NCBI GenBank assembly: GCA_963668025.2
Contig: CAXXTH010000002.1
Coordinates: 1 to 12,392, forward strand
Direction of reading: 5' to 3'
Length of the DNA: 12,392 nucleotides
DNA from: Candidatus Hydrogenedentota bacterium
Lineage (GTDB): Bacteria > Hydrogenedentota > Hydrogenedentia > Hydrogenedentales > SLHB01
A program made the position numbers and the translations under genes. Shown here piece after piece: positions 10,004 to 12,392 of this stretch; within the stretch, counting starts at the first letter, position 1; the number at the start of each line of letters is the position of its first letter. The notes under the pieces are model-generated. The model was not told the DNA's origin, did not search any database, and was given only the letters and a program-made list of their open reading frames with translations.

Positions 10004-10007
<4 letters not shown>

Positions 10008-11551
10008 GATGTTTTCCCGTCGCTCATGGGTGCGAATAACCCTAGCCCAAAGTGGCACGCATAACCCAGCGCAAGAGGGCCTCTTACTGGTTCAGGGAAT
10101 TCGATGATGAACCCGGTACCCGGTGTGTTGCCGCGTCGTCCGTCACCAAATACACGCTGTTGGCGAAACTCCAGCCAGCGCAGCGAACGTCCTGTCGCTT
10201 TCTGTTCAACGTGATTCCACAACGCGCACTCATCCAATGGTTTCACACTTGTTGGAACTGGCAAACCACGCCGCATCATTTCCTCACGCAATACTACTTC
10301 GGCGAACTGTTCTGGTGGGCAAGTATCGCGTTTCGTCCCGTGCCGCTTATAGTGACGTGTGGGAACAAACGGCGTGACAGAACACCAACGTCGAGCAGAA
10401 GTGGTTAGGACTAATTGATCGCACGGCTGCCCCCAACCCAGCCAAACGAGATTTAGAATCATTCCACCCGGCCCACGTGTCTGCCGCCATTCATCCAGCG
10501 CCGCCATTTCACGCGCTTTGAGGCCTTCGGGCGCGTAAAGCGTCAGGTGATCAAGTCTCCCGTCGCCATCTTCGTCGGTCGGCAAAAAGAAGGCATGCCG
10601 ATGTTCTGTCAGTGGCATACCCTGGGGTGTCTTACCAGCAAATGTTGGCGAAGCGGTTCCTCCAAATAAACGCCCATATATGCCTTGCACACGCTGACGA
10701 GACAACTCGGCCACGTAGACCGTCTCTTTTAAGCGAGGCAACACCGGGCCATCCAGCGCGAACCTGGCTAATTGGGGACATGGCGCTGACAAAGCGGTGC
10801 GCCCTCGGTGAACAGCAGCCGGCACGTTCAGCGACTGAGTCGGGCGCAAGTAGGTAATCCATTGCGCGCCGGGTGGGTCTGCCCAACCTTCTGCGTGAAG
10901 ATCGGCCGTTTCTGCCAGCAAGTTCCATGCTGGATCGGGGCGGGCGGTGCCTTCACTGTAGCTCCATTCGTGCCACGTAACGCGATCAGGACATAGCACA
11001 CGCGTTGGTTCCGTGCCTTTGAGTTCAGCATAGTGTAGTTCGCCGCTCTCAGAATCCAACCAACCACAAATCTCACCTGGCAGAACCTCCCAATTCATAC
11101 ATAGGCGCGCCGCGCACCAGGATTCGGCGCGCCCCAGATAACTTAAGCCACTAAGTGTCCGCGCCAACACTTCTGTTTCGTTCACCGTGAGGTCGATCTC
11201 CGGCCAGCACAAGCCAATCTCGGCAGAAGACCCGATAGCGATGAAGGTGTCGAACACCAACGTCCTATCACCAGGGCCTTTTTTAAACCATGGCATGAAG
11301 TGTCGCGTGTGCCCAAGCGTAGCAGGTGGTAGTTTGAAGATAGGTGGCGCGGTCAGCTTCGATAGCGCCAAGGGAAGCTCGGCGTTAACCAGTGGGTCAG
11401 CGCCAAGCTTGCGCTTCCACACTGCACACAATGCGCGCAAGACGCGCCAGGGTGAGGGTGGCCATTCCGGTGCACCCTCGTTCACATGACGGCCCCAGGG
11501 CGTGGCGTGGAATCGCCCGCCCGGAAAGGAAATCGCAATGGCAAGTGGCAT
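10004..11551 (-). CDS. csb2: Type I-G Csb2 (Cas5/Cas6 fusion; crRNA processing and effector subunit)
   Basis: N-terminal GRFHATPWG..VNEGAPEWPPSPWRVLRAL, then LSYLGRAESW, HAFFLPTDEDGDGRLDHL and W-x-SVTPFV. It ends with the Cas6 glycine-rich loop GPLALGYACHFGLGLF. The ATG at 11551 (preceded by GGGAGG) is preferred to the track's start at 11569. Intact, 515 aa. Confidence 0.93.
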
Positions 11552-11565
11552 AGCACCCTCCCTTC

Positions 11566-12392
<827 letters not shown>

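Noticed and set aside
10008-10058. N-terminal extension of Cas4-Cas1 given in the ORF track
   Set aside because: It overlaps the conserved csb2 C-terminus. The ATG at 10007 forms a typical ATGA coupling with the csb2 stop.

Overview
Everything in this window reads on the minus strand. The right half is the downstream part of a type I-G (formerly I-U) CRISPR-Cas locus: csb1/cas7 (5'-truncated), csb2 (cas5/6), a cas4-cas1 fusion and cas2. These are followed by a 313-bp structured leader and a large array of 79 36-bp repeats plus one eroded terminal relic (transcribed repeat GTTTCCATGCTTGATAAAGCATGGCTCCATTGAAGC). Past the trailer end lie gcvH, a rhodanese-domain gene, a terminator-like hairpin and a YeiH/UPF0324 membrane protein gene that runs off the window. 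The most unusual feature is that the array has two parts. The 63 leader-proximal repeats are identical. They switch abruptly to 16 full-length repeats that all differ from each other, with changes concentrated in the hairpin loop. This old block also appears to be two diverged tandem copies, because both repeat variants and spacers pair up. That pattern suggests a long-retained, selected crRNA-producing module rather than simple decay. Six apparent single-base frameshifts in otherwise intact genes are most likely sequencing or assembly errors. Alignments and counts were made by eye and need computational confirmation.
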